Shown here piece by piece: positions 28,666-38,605 of a stretch of DNA of 64,000 nt. Each line of letters opens with the position of its first letter. Position 1 is the first letter of the stretch. Both the position numbers and the translations under genes were made by a program. The DNA lies in NCBI GenBank assembly GCA_963708075.1, contig OY970194.1, positions 5,984,001-6,048,000 on the forward strand, written 5' to 3'. The notes under the pieces are model-generated. The model ran no database searches. It saw only the letters and a list, made by a program, of their open reading frames with translations, and had not been told where the DNA came from. This DNA comes from Sedimentisphaerales bacterium. GTDB taxonomy: Bacteria; Planctomycetota; Phycisphaerae; Sedimentisphaerales; Anaerobacaceae.

Positions 28666-30849
28666 ATGAGAGCGGGAAGACTGCTGATATTCATCATTTG
28701 GGTCGAGCTGCTGATGTGCGTCGGTTCAGTCCTCGCCGACGGCTTCATGTTCAGGCGACGTGCGGCGAGCCAAGCCGATATCCTCCAGCCGACGCAGAAA
28801 GTCTACATTCGCTGGGATGGCTCCGAGGAGAAGCTGCTGATTCAGACAAAGTATGAAGGTCCAGCCGAAGAAATGGTCTGGATCGTGCCGGTTCCCTCGC
28901 GGCCGGCCGTGGTGGAGGGCGATCCGAACGTCTTCCGACGGCTCAGTATAGAGACGTATTCTGGGGAGATCTTCTACACTGATTTTGCAGGTCTGCGGCT
29001 CTACAGCAGTGCCGGCGGCGCCCCGAGGAGAGAGGATCCTGTGGAGTGGCGTCAACAGATTGGCGCCTATGACGTCGTGCTGTTAAGACCGGCCGGAGAA
29101 GAGACGGTGATCGAGTGGCTCAATGCCAACGACTTCGGCATGCCGGACAGAGCCGTTCCCATCCTCCAGGACTACATCCGTGAGCAATGGTGGATGGTGG
29201 CCGCAAAGATTCATCCCGATGCTTTGACGGACATCACACGCGATGCACTCGCCAAGGGTCTGTTACATCCTCTGGAGATGACGTTCCAGTCCCCTGCGTG
29301 TCTCTATCCGCTCCGCTTGACGAGTATGGCGGCCGGGCCGGTGGAGGAACTGATCTACATCGAAAGTACGGAACACTGCGAGCCGGCGACATACGCAGAT
29401 GGCAAATGGACGATCGATGTTTTTGGCGGCCCCGTCCGGCAGATACCCGACAGTGATGGTCTGTCCGACATGGAGCGAACCGCCGCGATCATCGAGGGCC
29501 GGACGGAGACTATCTTCACGAGGTGTCTCACAAAGCTCAGAAGGGTCTTCCAGCCCGAGGAGATGACAGAGGACATCGTGTTCAGAAAGATGAACTATGC
29601 GGCGCTGCTTGCCAGCGAAGCTCCCTCGCAGATCGGTCAGGGGGCAACCCAGTACGGCCGCCGTCGTGACCCGAACGGCATATCGCCTCTGTTGGGCGTG
29701 CTCACACCGGCAGCTCTGGATCTGGTGAAGCCCGGGCCGAAGGAATTGCAGCCGTTCCCGAACCCTTCAGCCAATTTCCTTTTCTTTGGGGAGTTGGACA
29801 ACCAGAAACGCAAGTGTGCCCACCTGCGAAGTTGCATCTGGGCCCTGGGGGAAATCGGTATCGATCACAACACTGCCCCGGGCGTGGAGGCGACGCTCCT
29901 GCGGTGTGCAGAGCATGAGAATCAGCTCATCCGAATGGAGGCATATATTGCCTTGATCAAGTCGGGTCTTCCAGGCGTGGGAGTGGTGCTGCTTGACCGA
30001 TTTGAGCGAATCGTCAGCGGTGACCTGACGTACCTTGTGTCTTCCCTCTGGCTGGATGCACCGATTGGTCTGGCCGAGGTGGACATTGTGGCGGATTGGG
30101 TGAATCGGGATGGAAGCGCCGCCGACAAGGAAGCATTTCGCACAATTCTCTCACAGACGATTGCCCGCCTACCCGCTGATCCCATGACTGCCGTGGGACG
30201 CGATGAGTGGGGCAACGCGATTCTTCTGGAGTGGCCCGGATGGATGGTGCATCAGGCCATCATGGCGCCGGAGGCACGCATGGTCGGCGCACTACGGAGT
30301 CTCCGCGAGAAGTTCTCCGAGGCCAATTCAGTGGCTCTCTTCCTGCTGAAGGCAGAGGTGTTGTGCGGATCCGCCGAGGCCGTCTCGGCGGCCGCTCGCT
30401 GGATAGCTGACGCCCAAAACCGAGTCCTGCCGGAACTGGAGGGGCCCGTCAAAGGCGGCTATGCACGCCTCACATATACAGGTGAACAGGGCAAGAGCCT
30501 CCGTGACCGGGTGCTTAAGGTCGGCACGAATGATTACCGCTATTCCGGAGTACCCTCTACGGTCAGCGGCACGATCCTCCGAACGGCTCTTTCGAATTAC
30601 CAGCTTGATGATTGGTACGCCCTGTACCTGTTGGCGCAGATCGAGTCCCCCCAGGCCTCCGACAGACAGATGATCCGGACCCTCTGGGACACCAAGGACG
30701 AAGGCAAGCGATTGGTCGCCGTCGATATCCTGTGGCTATGGAAAGATGCCGAGATGATGATCGAGTTTTACGACGGATGCAATCAAAGCAGGGTCAGGTT
30801 CGAAATCGACCGTCTCGTAGCCGATCTCGAAGGGAAACCTCACAGGTAG
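28666..30849 (+). CDS. secreted DUF2330-domain protein with C-terminal helical (HEAT-like) region
   Basis: Signal peptide; WIVPVPS.P, GAYDV.LL, WL.ANDF, LHPL...F, YPLRLTS motifs. Confidence 0.7.
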   Translation: MRAGRLLIFIIWVELLMCVGSVLADGFMFRRRAASQADILQPTQKVYIRWDGSEEKLLIQTKYEGPAEEMVWIVPVPSRPAVVEGDPNVFRRLSIETYSGEIFYTDFAGLRLYSSAGGAPRREDPVEWRQQIGAYDVVLLRPAGEETVIEWLNANDFGMPDRAVPILQDYIREQWWMVAAKIHPDALTDITRDALAKGLLHPLEMTFQSPACLYPLRLTSMAAGPVEELIYIESTEHCEPATYADGKWTIDVFGGPVRQIPDSDGLSDMERTAAIIEGRTETIFTRCLTKLRRVFQPEEMTEDIVFRKMNYAALLASEAPSQIGQGATQYGRRRDPNGISPLLGVLTPAALDLVKPGPKELQPFPNPSANFLFFGELDNQKRKCAHLRSCIWALGEIGIDHNTAPGVEATLLRCAEHENQLIRMEAYIALIKSGLPGVGVVLLDRFERIVSGDLTYLVSSLWLDAPIGLAEVDIVADWVNRDGSAADKEAFRTILSQTIARLPADPMTAVGRDEWGNAILLEWPGWMVHQAIMAPEARMVGALRSLREKFSEANSVALFLLKAEVLCGSAEAVSAAARWIADAQNRVLPELEGPVKGGYARLTYTGEQGKSLRDRVLKVGTNDYRYSGVPSTVSGTILRTALSNYQLDDWYALYLLAQIESPQASDRQMIRTLWDTKDEGKRLVAVDILWLWKDAEMMIEFYDGCNQSRVRFEIDRLVADLEGKPHR

Positions 30850-31529
30850 GGGCGGATATGCGCAACGCGGCGCAAGCCTGCGAATGAATCGAGGAGGTAG
30901 TCGGGCCTTTCGGCCTGGATTTTGTGGAGGTGGTTGAGGGCCTGGCCGCCGGTTTGGACGACGGCGGAGAGAACGCCGGCTTTCTTCGCTTGGCGGACGT
31001 CGTGGTCGGTGTCGCCGATGTAGATGGTCCGCGCAGGGGCGACGCGGAATTCCTCGACGAGGCTGATGATGCCGAGGGCGCGGGAGTCGCCGGACTCCGT
31101 CGGGTACATCATGGAGGAACGCACGGCGTCCCAGTCCTTGAAGGCGAGCGTGGATAGGATGCTCTCGATGGCTTCGAGGCGCAAGCCGCTCAGCACGGCC
31201 AGGCGAATGCCCCGCGCCTTCAATTCGTGCAGGGCCTGTTCCACGCCGTCAAAGGGCGTGATCTGACCGACTACTTTGTAGGGGAATAGTGTCCAGAACC
31301 GCTCGTGGCAATCATCGGTCCGGCCCTTGCAGTTTTCTGGGAGGTACGCGCGGATGTACTCCCAGATGCTGGTCCCGAACACATCGTACACGGGCTCGGC
31401 GCATCCTTCCGGAATCCCCAGCTCCTTCGCCGCCCGTCGCACCGCCGCCATGATTGCTTCGTCGGTCCTGACCAGCGTCCCGCCAAGGTCCGTAACGATC
31501 AGGTCTATCTTCTTTCCGGTATGACTCAT
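30840..31529 (-). CDS. HAD-superfamily hydrolase
   Basis: Motif I variant TDLGGTL, LAVLS, YIGDT.HDV..AK.AG. Confidence 0.8.
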   Translation of the reverse strand: MSHTGKKIDLIVTDLGGTLVRTDEAIMAAVRRAAKELGIPEGCAEPVYDVFGTSIWEYIRAYLPENCKGRTDDCHERFWTLFPYKVVGQITPFDGVEQALHELKARGIRLAVLSGLRLEAIESILSTLAFKDWDAVRSSMMYPTESGDSRALGIISLVEEFRVAPARTIYIGDTDHDVRQAKKAGVLSAVVQTGGQALNHLHKIQAERPDYLLDSFAGLRRVAHIRPYL

Positions 31530-31578
31530 GTGAATGTCCTCAGAAGGCATGTTTTCGACACATGGGCTTTGATTCGCC

Positions 31579-32079
31579 TCATGCCTGTTTCTCTTCGATC
31601 TTGAGAATTGTGAAGCCGGACTTGAGGTAGTTGTTCAGGGCGTTGGGATGATCGTAGGTGCAAGTGTGGACCCAGACACGGCTTGCCGCCCAGGCGAAGG
31701 CGTTCCCGATGGCGCTGTCGAGCAGCGGGCCGCCGTGGCCCTGGCCGACGAACTCGGGAGTCAGGCCGAAGATCCGAATCTCGGCGCTGCCGCCGTCCTG
31801 GCGCTGGAGTTCGTAGTAGCCTGCGATAGAGCCTTGCCGGTACGCGACAAAGGTCCTGAGATTGTCGCCGGCCGCGTAGTCGTGCCACTGCTCAGCGGTC
31901 CAGACGAGGCGATCCGTCCATCGCCAATCGCCGCCCACGTACTCATAGAGGAAGCGGTTGAATCGCGGCTGCTTGACCACGCACTCGCGAACCTCCAGGT
32001 CGCTCGCCTTGCGGGGCCTTCGGACCCACTGCTCTTTCGATGTTATCTCCAGATGCGTAACTCGCAGCATATCTTCCAA
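31579..32079 (-). CDS. GNAT family N-acetyltransferase
   Basis: LY..VG..W.W.DR, AGYYEL, FGL.PEF.GQG.G, RVWVHTC.YDHP.AL.NY...GF. Confidence 0.88.
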   Translation of the reverse strand: MEDMLRVTHLEITSKEQWVRRPRKASDLEVRECVVKQPRFNRFLYEYVGGDWRWTDRLVWTAEQWHDYAAGDNLRTFVAYRQGSIAGYYELQRQDGGSAEIRIFGLTPEFVGQGHGGPLLDSAIGNAFAWAASRVWVHTCTYDHPNALNNYLKSGFTILKIEEKQA

Positions 32080-32193
32080 CCTCAGAGCCTCATCCGACAG
32101 CCAATTTCACGAGATGGCTTTCGGGCAGATTGTTATAATCGAGAGCATCGTGAAGTAGAAGCGGCGTTTCCTTGAAATCAGGAGGATTGAGAG

Positions 32194-33516
32194 ATGACAG
32201 CCTACGGAATTGCACTCATGTCGATCTTGGCTCTTGTGGATAATGGCCCGGCCCGCGAGCCGAAGCAGGCTGGTCCCGACCCGGAGACGAAGCTCGTCGC
32301 GGAAGGCAACAATCGGTTCGCCCTGCAACTGTATCAGAAGTTACAGGACGACAAGGGCAACCTGTTCTTCTCCCCCTACAGCATCGCCACGGCACTGGCT
32401 ATGACCTACGCGGGGGCACGAGGCGCCACGCAGGAGCAGATGGCCCAGGTGCTGAGTCTCCCGACCGCGAAGCATGTAGCCCAGCCGCCCTCGGCTGGGG
32501 AACAAAGGGTCACCCCCGGGGGCGGGGGTGCTACAGCGGCGGGGACATTGCAGTCTCGTGAGCCGATGTCCCAGGAGCAGCTCGCACAGGTCTTCGGCAA
32601 CGTGATCAAGGACCTCAACACGCGAGGCGGCGGGGACAAGTACGAGCTTCGCATCGCCAACGCGCTGTGGGGCCAGAAGGACTACAAGTTCCTGCCCGCG
32701 TTCGTAGGATTGGTCGAGAAGCAGTACGGTGGCACGCTGCGAAACGTCGATTTCGTTACCGCCGCGGAGCAGGCCCGCCAGATGATCAATGCGTGGGTGG
32801 CCAAACAAACCAACGACAAGATCAAGGACCTCATCGGCCCGGGCGTGCTGGACGCCATGACCCGCCTTGTTCTGACCAACGCCATCTACTTCAAAGGCAA
32901 CTGGGCCAGCCAGTTCGAGAAGGACCAGACGCAGGACCAGCCGTTCACGCTGCTGGAAGGGACAAACGTGCAGGCCCCGATGATGAACCAGCAGACTCGC
33001 TTCGGCTACGCCGAGACCGATATGCTGCAGGTGCTCGACATGCCCTACAGGGGCGACGAGCTCTCGATGGTGGTCCTGCTGCCGAAGAAGATGGACGGCA
33101 TCAAGGGGCTTGAGCAGGATCTCACGGCCGAGAGCCTCTCGAAATGGCTCGGCGCTATCCGCAGACGGCAGGTCATCGTCTCCGTGCCGAAGTTCAAGAT
33201 GACCAGCAAGTTCAGTCTCGCTCAGGTGCTGCAGTCGATGGGCATGGCCGATGCCTTCACCGACCAGGCCGATTTCACCGGCATGACGGCCCGCCGGGAG
33301 TTGTTCCTCTCGGCGGTGATCCACCAGGCCTACGTCGATGTGAACGAGGAAGGCACCGAGGCGGCCGCCGCCACCGGGGCTGTCGTGGGCGTGACATCCA
33401 TCGGCCCGGGCACGACGCCGGTCTTTCGTGCCGACCACCCGTTCCTCTTCCTGATCCGCGACAAGACCACCGGCAGCATCCTGTTCCTGGGCCGGGTGAT
33501 GAACCCACAGACCTGA
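32194..33516 (+). CDS. serpin (serine protease inhibitor) with REP-derived insertion
   Basis: NLFFSPYSI..AL, LVLTNAIYFKG.W, hinge EEGTEAAAAT, FRADHPFLF.I, LFLGRV.NP. Confidence 0.95.
   Translation: MTAYGIALMSILALVDNGPAREPKQAGPDPETKLVAEGNNRFALQLYQKLQDDKGNLFFSPYSIATALAMTYAGARGATQEQMAQVLSLPTAKHVAQPPSAGEQRVTPGGGGATAAGTLQSREPMSQEQLAQVFGNVIKDLNTRGGGDKYELRIANALWGQKDYKFLPAFVGLVEKQYGGTLRNVDFVTAAEQARQMINAWVAKQTNDKIKDLIGPGVLDAMTRLVLTNAIYFKGNWASQFEKDQTQDQPFTLLEGTNVQAPMMNQQTRFGYAETDMLQVLDMPYRGDELSMVVLLPKKMDGIKGLEQDLTAESLSKWLGAIRRRQVIVSVPKFKMTSKFSLAQVLQSMGMADAFTDQADFTGMTARRELFLSAVIHQAYVDVNEEGTEAAAATGAVVGVTSIGPGTTPVFRADHPFLFLIRDKTTGSILFLGRVMNPQT
32475..32535. repeat. GTAG-type REP doublet inside the serpin gene
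   Basis: TGTAGCCCAGCCGCCCTCGGCTGGGG-AACAAAGGGT-CACCCCCGGGGGCGGGGGTGCTACA. Confidence 0.8.
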
Positions 33517-33584
33517 GGTCGCGGAGCCATTCCTCACCGCTGCGGGGTGTGGTCGGAATACGGTGGCGGTCCATGTGATTTCTC

Positions 33585-33608
33585 GTAGGGCGAGCGTCCC
33601 CGCTCGCC
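33585..33608 (+). repeat. GTAG-type REP
   Basis: GTAG-GGCGAGCG-TCCC-CGCTCGCC hairpin. Confidence 0.7.
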
Positions 33609-33743
33609 TGTCTCTACAGCTTATGACCGCCGGAGATGTCGTGCGAAGACGCACGACAAGAGTGGCGAGCGAGGCTCGAATCCGCCACCGGATCCCGGTC
33701 GTACCCCCGCTGCGACCGGCGGCTAGAATTTGCAGGTTGCTTC

Positions 33744-33772
33744 TTGACTTGATACGGCCCGAATGGTAGCCT
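33744..33772 (+). promoter_or_regulatory. possible sigma70 promoter of argBDF
   Basis: TTGACT-N17-TAGCCT upstream of the GGAG RBS. Confidence 0.45.
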
Positions 33773-33810
33773 CGAAGGTTTCTTTCATTTGGGTCCAAGG
33801 AGTATTTTCA

Positions 33811-34689
33811 GTGCAAGAAGCAATCGCAAAAGCCGGTGCTTTGATTGAGGCCATGGGGTACATCCGGGCCTTTCGCGGCCGCATTGTCGTGGTCAAGCTC
33901 GGCGGCAGCGTCCTTGACGACGAGGCCGCGCAGCGAAACCTCCTGGCCGATGTCGCGTTCATGTCCACGGTGGGCATGAGGCCGATCATCGTGCACGGCG
34001 GGGGCAAGGCCATCACCCGCGCGATGAGCGAGGCGGGTCTCGAGCCCGTCTGGGTGCAGGGCCGCCGGTACACCGACCAGCGGACGCTGAACATTGTCGA
34101 GCACGTGCTCATTCGCCAGGTGAACGAGCCCATCTGCCGGACGCTCGAAGAGCTTGGCTGCAACACGATGGGCCTGCACACGCTCAGCAGTTGCGTGCTG
34201 ACGGCCGAGACGCTGCGCCTGCCCGGCGAGGACGGCCGCAAGATCGACCTCGGCCTCGTCGGCAGGGTCACTGAGGTGAACGCCAAGCTGCTCCTCACGA
34301 TCTGCGGCGACGGCACGATCCCCGTCATCTCCTCGACGGCCATGGACCGCAGCGGCGGCAAACTGAACGTCAACGCCGACACCGCCGCCGGCAAAGTGGC
34401 CGCCGCCGTGGTGGCGGAGAAGCTCGTCATGGTCAGTGACACGCACGGCATCCGCCGCGACATCAACGACCCGGAGAGCTGGGTCTCCAGCCTCAACGAG
34501 GCCCAGATCAAGGAGATGATCGACGCCGGCATCATCACCGACGCCATGTACCCCAAGGTCGAGGCGTGCCTGATCGCCCTGGAGGCCGGGGTCAAGAAGG
34601 CGCACATCATCGACGGCAGGATCGACCACTCCCTGCTGCTGGAAATCTACACGGAGAAGGGTATCGGCACCGAGATCGTCAGGGGCTGA
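33811..34689 (+). CDS. argB: acetylglutamate kinase
   Basis: VVVKLGGS, VHGGG, GRRYTD, NVNADTAA, AHIIDGR, LLLEIYT..GIGT. Confidence 0.95.
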   Translation: MQEAIAKAGALIEAMGYIRAFRGRIVVVKLGGSVLDDEAAQRNLLADVAFMSTVGMRPIIVHGGGKAITRAMSEAGLEPVWVQGRRYTDQRTLNIVEHVLIRQVNEPICRTLEELGCNTMGLHTLSSCVLTAETLRLPGEDGRKIDLGLVGRVTEVNAKLLLTICGDGTIPVISSTAMDRSGGKLNVNADTAAGKVAAAVVAEKLVMVSDTHGIRRDINDPESWVSSLNEAQIKEMIDAGIITDAMYPKVEACLIALEAGVKKAHIIDGRIDHSLLLEIYTEKGIGTEIVRG

Positions 34690-34887
34690 GCGTCCCGCCG
34701 AAACGGAAGCCACAAACGTGATTGTATTGAGGACAGATATTTTGTTTTCATTCGTTGTCATCGTGAGGCATGCGAAGGAGGGCCGAATCCTTGGGCAAGG
34801 GCTCAAGGAGTTGTTGAGGTGTTGCGCTTCCCTGGCGTGATGCACTGAGAACGAGCGAATGAACACGATGATCCCGAGAGGATTCTT

Positions 34888-36066
34888 ATGACAACACAAG
34901 AGACGATTGAACTGTTCAACAAGTACGTGATTGCCAACTATGGCCGATTGCCGCGGGTCATGGTCAAGGGCGAAGGCTGCTACATCTGGGACGCCGACGG
35001 CAACAAGATTCTCGACATGTTCCCCGGCTGGGCGGTCAGCGGCATCGGGCATTGTCACCCGAAGGTGGTCGAGGCCGTCTGCAAGCAGGTGGGCGAGCTG
35101 ATTCACATGGATAACACGTTCTACTCCGAGCCGCAGGGCCGCCTGGCGAAGATGCTCAGCGAGCGGGCGTTCGGCGGCAAGTGCTTCTTCTGCAACAGCG
35201 GGGCGGAGGCGAACGAGGCGGCGCTGAAGCTGGCACGGCTGCACACGGCCAAGCAGAAATACAAGTTCATCACGTGCGAGGGCAGCTTCCACGGCCGCAC
35301 CTTCGCGACCGTCACCGCGACGGCGCAGCCGAAGTATCACGAGGGCTTCCTGCCTCTGTTGCCCGGCTTCACCTATATTCCGTTCAACGATGTCACCTCG
35401 CTGGAGGCGGCGTTCACCGATGAGGTGGCCGCCGTGCTCGTCGAGCCGATCCAGGGCGAGGGCGGCATCAACATCGCCAGCCCCGAATTCCTGCAGGCGA
35501 TCCGCCGGCTGTGTGATGAGAAGGGTGCCTTGATGATCCTCGACGAGGTGCAGACGGGCATCGGCCGCACCGGCAAATGGTTCGGTTACCAGCATTTCGA
35601 CGTCGAGCCGGACATGATCTCGATGGCTAAGACCCTCGGCGGCGGCGTTGCGATCGGAGCGATGATGGCCAAGCCGGAAATCGCCGCCTCGCTCGTGCCG
35701 GGAAAGCACGCCTCCACCTTTGGCGGAAACTGTCTCGCTTGCGCTGCCGGCGCGGCGACCATCGAGGCCATCGAGGAGGGCAACCTGCTGCAAAACGCGG
35801 TCGAGATGGGCCAGTATGCGCAGGAGAAGCTGCGAGGGCTCAAGGAGAAGCATTCCACCATCGATCACGTCCGCGGCATCGGCCTGATGATCGGCATTCA
35901 GCTCCTCCGGCCGGGCGCCGACATCGTCAGCAAGTGCCTCGAGCGAGGCCTGAGGATCAACTGTACCCATGATACCGTCATCCGCTTCATGCCCCCGATG
36001 GTCGTCACGAAAGACCAGATTGACGAGGCGGTGGGAATCTTCGATAGCGTTCTATCCGAGGGTTGA
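34888..36066 (+). CDS. argD: acetylornithine aminotransferase
   Basis: FFCNSGAEANEAA, SFHGRT, EPIQGEGG, DEVQTG.GRTG, AK.LGGG. Confidence 0.95.
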   Translation: MTTQETIELFNKYVIANYGRLPRVMVKGEGCYIWDADGNKILDMFPGWAVSGIGHCHPKVVEAVCKQVGELIHMDNTFYSEPQGRLAKMLSERAFGGKCFFCNSGAEANEAALKLARLHTAKQKYKFITCEGSFHGRTFATVTATAQPKYHEGFLPLLPGFTYIPFNDVTSLEAAFTDEVAAVLVEPIQGEGGINIASPEFLQAIRRLCDEKGALMILDEVQTGIGRTGKWFGYQHFDVEPDMISMAKTLGGGVAIGAMMAKPEIAASLVPGKHASTFGGNCLACAAGAATIEAIEEGNLLQNAVEMGQYAQEKLRGLKEKHSTIDHVRGIGLMIGIQLLRPGADIVSKCLERGLRINCTHDTVIRFMPPMVVTKDQIDEAVGIFDSVLSEG

Positions 36067-36068
36067 CC

Positions 36069-36980
36069 ATGAACGACTTCATTGACATCAGCGATTGCTC
36101 CACGCAGGAGCTCCGGGAGCTGCTCGAAGAAAGCAGCTCGCTCAAGGCGTTCTACAAAGCCGGCAAGCGCGACCTGTGCCTGGCCGGCCGCACGCTGGCT
36201 ATGCTCTTCGAGAAGCCGAGCCTGCGCACTCGGATCAGCTTCCAGGTGGCCATGACCGACCTGGGTGGCCATCCGATCTATGTGAAACCCGAGGACATTG
36301 GCGGCATCGGCAAGCGTGAGCCAGTCAAAGATATTGCCCGTATCCTGAGCCGCTACGTCCAGGGGATCATGGCCCGGACGTTCGAGCATCAGACGGTGGT
36401 CGATCTGGCCCGGTATGCCGATATTCCCGTGATTAACGCACTGACGGACTGGTCGCATCCGTGCCAGGCGATGGCGGATGTGCTGACGATCCAGGAGCAC
36501 TTCGGACGCATCGAAGGGATCAGGATCGCGTACGTGGGCGACGGGAACAACGTGGCGCGCTCGCTGGCCTTCGCCGCCGGCAAGCTGAAGATGAAGCTGG
36601 TGGTCGCCTCGCCGCGCTGCTACGAGTTGGACGCCGAGACGATCGCGAGGGCCAACAGCTACACGCCCGATACCGTGCGACAGACCAGCGATCCCGTGGC
36701 AGCCGTAGCCGACGCCGACGTGATCTACACGGACACCTGGGTGAGCATGGGCCAGGAGAACGAGAAGGAGAAACGCCGGAAGGACTTCGCCGGCTTTACG
36801 ATCGATGCCCGGCTCGTTGCTGCGGCGCCGGGGCACGTGAAGATCATGCACTGCCTGCCGGCCTATCGCGGCTATGAGATCACCGACGACGTCACCGAGA
36901 GTCCCGGGTCGATCATCTTCGACCAGGCCGAGAACCGCCTCCACTTCCAGCGCGCCCTGCTCAAAAAGCTGATGGCGTGA
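36069..36980 (+). CDS. argF: ornithine carbamoyltransferase
   Basis: FEKPSLRTR, HPCQAMAD, YTDTWVSMG, HCLP, QAENRLH. Confidence 0.95.
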   Translation: MNDFIDISDCSTQELRELLEESSSLKAFYKAGKRDLCLAGRTLAMLFEKPSLRTRISFQVAMTDLGGHPIYVKPEDIGGIGKREPVKDIARILSRYVQGIMARTFEHQTVVDLARYADIPVINALTDWSHPCQAMADVLTIQEHFGRIEGIRIAYVGDGNNVARSLAFAAGKLKMKLVVASPRCYELDAETIARANSYTPDTVRQTSDPVAAVADADVIYTDTWVSMGQENEKEKRRKDFAGFTIDARLVAAAPGHVKIMHCLPAYRGYEITDDVTESPGSIIFDQAENRLHFQRALLKKLMA

Positions 36981-38421
36981 TGCGGATTGACAGGCGCCGA
37001 GTGTCCTTGGCTCGGCGCCTTTTACTCTTCTTCTGAACGTGGCGTTTCAGCAGGCTGTAGGCGAGCAGGGGCAGCCGGAGGGACATATCTGCAATATCTC
37101 GCCTGTCGACCAGCCCGATACGCCAGGCCTTTCCGGCGATTCGCAGGAGTTGGGCCGGCGTGTAGAACTGCGCCCGGATGCGGTTGCGAATCCGCTTGAG
37201 CTCCGTCGGCCCGAACTTGTCTGAGAATACGTGGCCGCCGGTGGGATGGTAATAGTAGCCGGGTGTTGCCTCGACGAGGTCCTTCAATGGCGAGAACTTC
37301 TCGATGCGCAGCTTCTGGAAACTGATGGAGTCCAGCCCGATCTCCCGGGCGAACTTCGGGATGTAGAGCATCTCCTCCTCCGTTTCGCCGACGTTGCCGT
37401 AGATGAAGTAGCCGTGGAGGTGGAAATCATATTGTCTCAGGACGGTGAACGCCTCGCGGATCTGTTGCTGGGTGATGCCTTTCTGCAGTTGGCTCAGGAT
37501 TCGGTCGTGCGGCGACTCGATCCCAATGAGAAAAGTCCTGAAGCCCGCCTGCCAGGCCTTATCGAGGAGCCGGCGGTGCCTGGCGATGTCGACGCGGGCC
37601 TGGACCACGAAGGTTTTACGGATCTTGTTCTCGACGATCAGGTCGCATAGTTGCTCGGCCCGGCGCGGATTGGTCGCGAAATTGTCGTCGCTGAAGAGCA
37701 CGATATCGGCGGAGATCGTCTTGAGCTCCTCGATGACCGATTCGACCGGCCGCTCCGTGTACTCTCTCTTTTGCCCGAGCGGATTGAGACTGAAGGTGCA
37801 GAACTTGCATTTGAACGGGCAGCCTCGTGCCGTCAGCACGGTGTCGAACGTGTGCCGGGTGAGCCGAAGGCCATCGCGGGCGCACCAGTAGTCGTGCCTC
37901 CGGAGAGATCGATCCGGATACGCAATGTGCGCCAGGTCGGGCAGAATCGCGTTCTCGTTGTGGACGATGCGGCCGTCTCGCCGGTGGGAGAGCCCGCGGA
38001 TGTCCTCGCAGGGGACCCCTGTCACGATCTGCTTGATAATTTCCTCGCCCTCGCCGCGCACCACCATGTCGATGTTCGGGCAGCGCTCGAACAGGTGCTC
38101 GACTTCCTGCGTCGCCTCATGGCCCCCGGCAATGGTGGTGACCTCATCGGGCAGTTGAGCGACAAGATCGCAAACCCTGTCGAACCGCGATCGCCAACCC
38201 ATGGTGACGCACAGCAGGTCAATCTCGCGGCGGACGAACGCGCTGAGGGTCCGCGGATCACGGTATGCTTTCTCGTAGCCCAGATCAAGGATGGTCACCT
38301 TGTCCACGAGACCCTTCATGGCGGCCGCGATGTACTCAAGACCGGTCGGTGGAAATAGTTGCCGAGCGTCGGCGGCGTACCCGAAGTAGGGGTTCAACGC
38401 TAACACATGTTTGTATCTCAT
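36961..38421 (-). CDS. B12-binding radical SAM protein (paralog 1)
   Basis: PPTGLEY, VRGEGE, RGCPFKCKFC, FSDDNF, GIES. Confidence 0.9.
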   Translation of the reverse strand: MRYKHVLALNPYFGYAADARQLFPPTGLEYIAAAMKGLVDKVTILDLGYEKAYRDPRTLSAFVRREIDLLCVTMGWRSRFDRVCDLVAQLPDEVTTIAGGHEATQEVEHLFERCPNIDMVVRGEGEEIIKQIVTGVPCEDIRGLSHRRDGRIVHNENAILPDLAHIAYPDRSLRRHDYWCARDGLRLTRHTFDTVLTARGCPFKCKFCTFSLNPLGQKREYTERPVESVIEELKTISADIVLFSDDNFATNPRRAEQLCDLIVENKIRKTFVVQARVDIARHRRLLDKAWQAGFRTFLIGIESPHDRILSQLQKGITQQQIREAFTVLRQYDFHLHGYFIYGNVGETEEEMLYIPKFAREIGLDSISFQKLRIEKFSPLKDLVEATPGYYYHPTGGHVFSDKFGPTELKRIRNRIRAQFYTPAQLLRIAGKAWRIGLVDRRDIADMSLRLPLLAYSLLKRHVQKKSKRRRAKDTRRLSIRITPSAF

Positions 38422-38605
38422 CGAGAGCGAATCATAGCCTGCGCAGCGGGCACCGCAAGTAAGGAAAATGCCTAGCGGAAACACGCCTCTGTACGTGTCA
38501 ATTGCGGCTGAATTGTGCGCAGTTTGTCATGTGAAGCGAAGCGTAATCGCGACATCTGCCGACAACCGCGGCGCCCTTGTCATTCGCAGCAGCAGCTCGA
38601 TGCTT

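Noticed and set aside
34690..34887. ARG boxes or a small gene between argB and argD
   Set aside because: No convincing TGAAT-N4-ATTCA palindrome or ORF with an RBS
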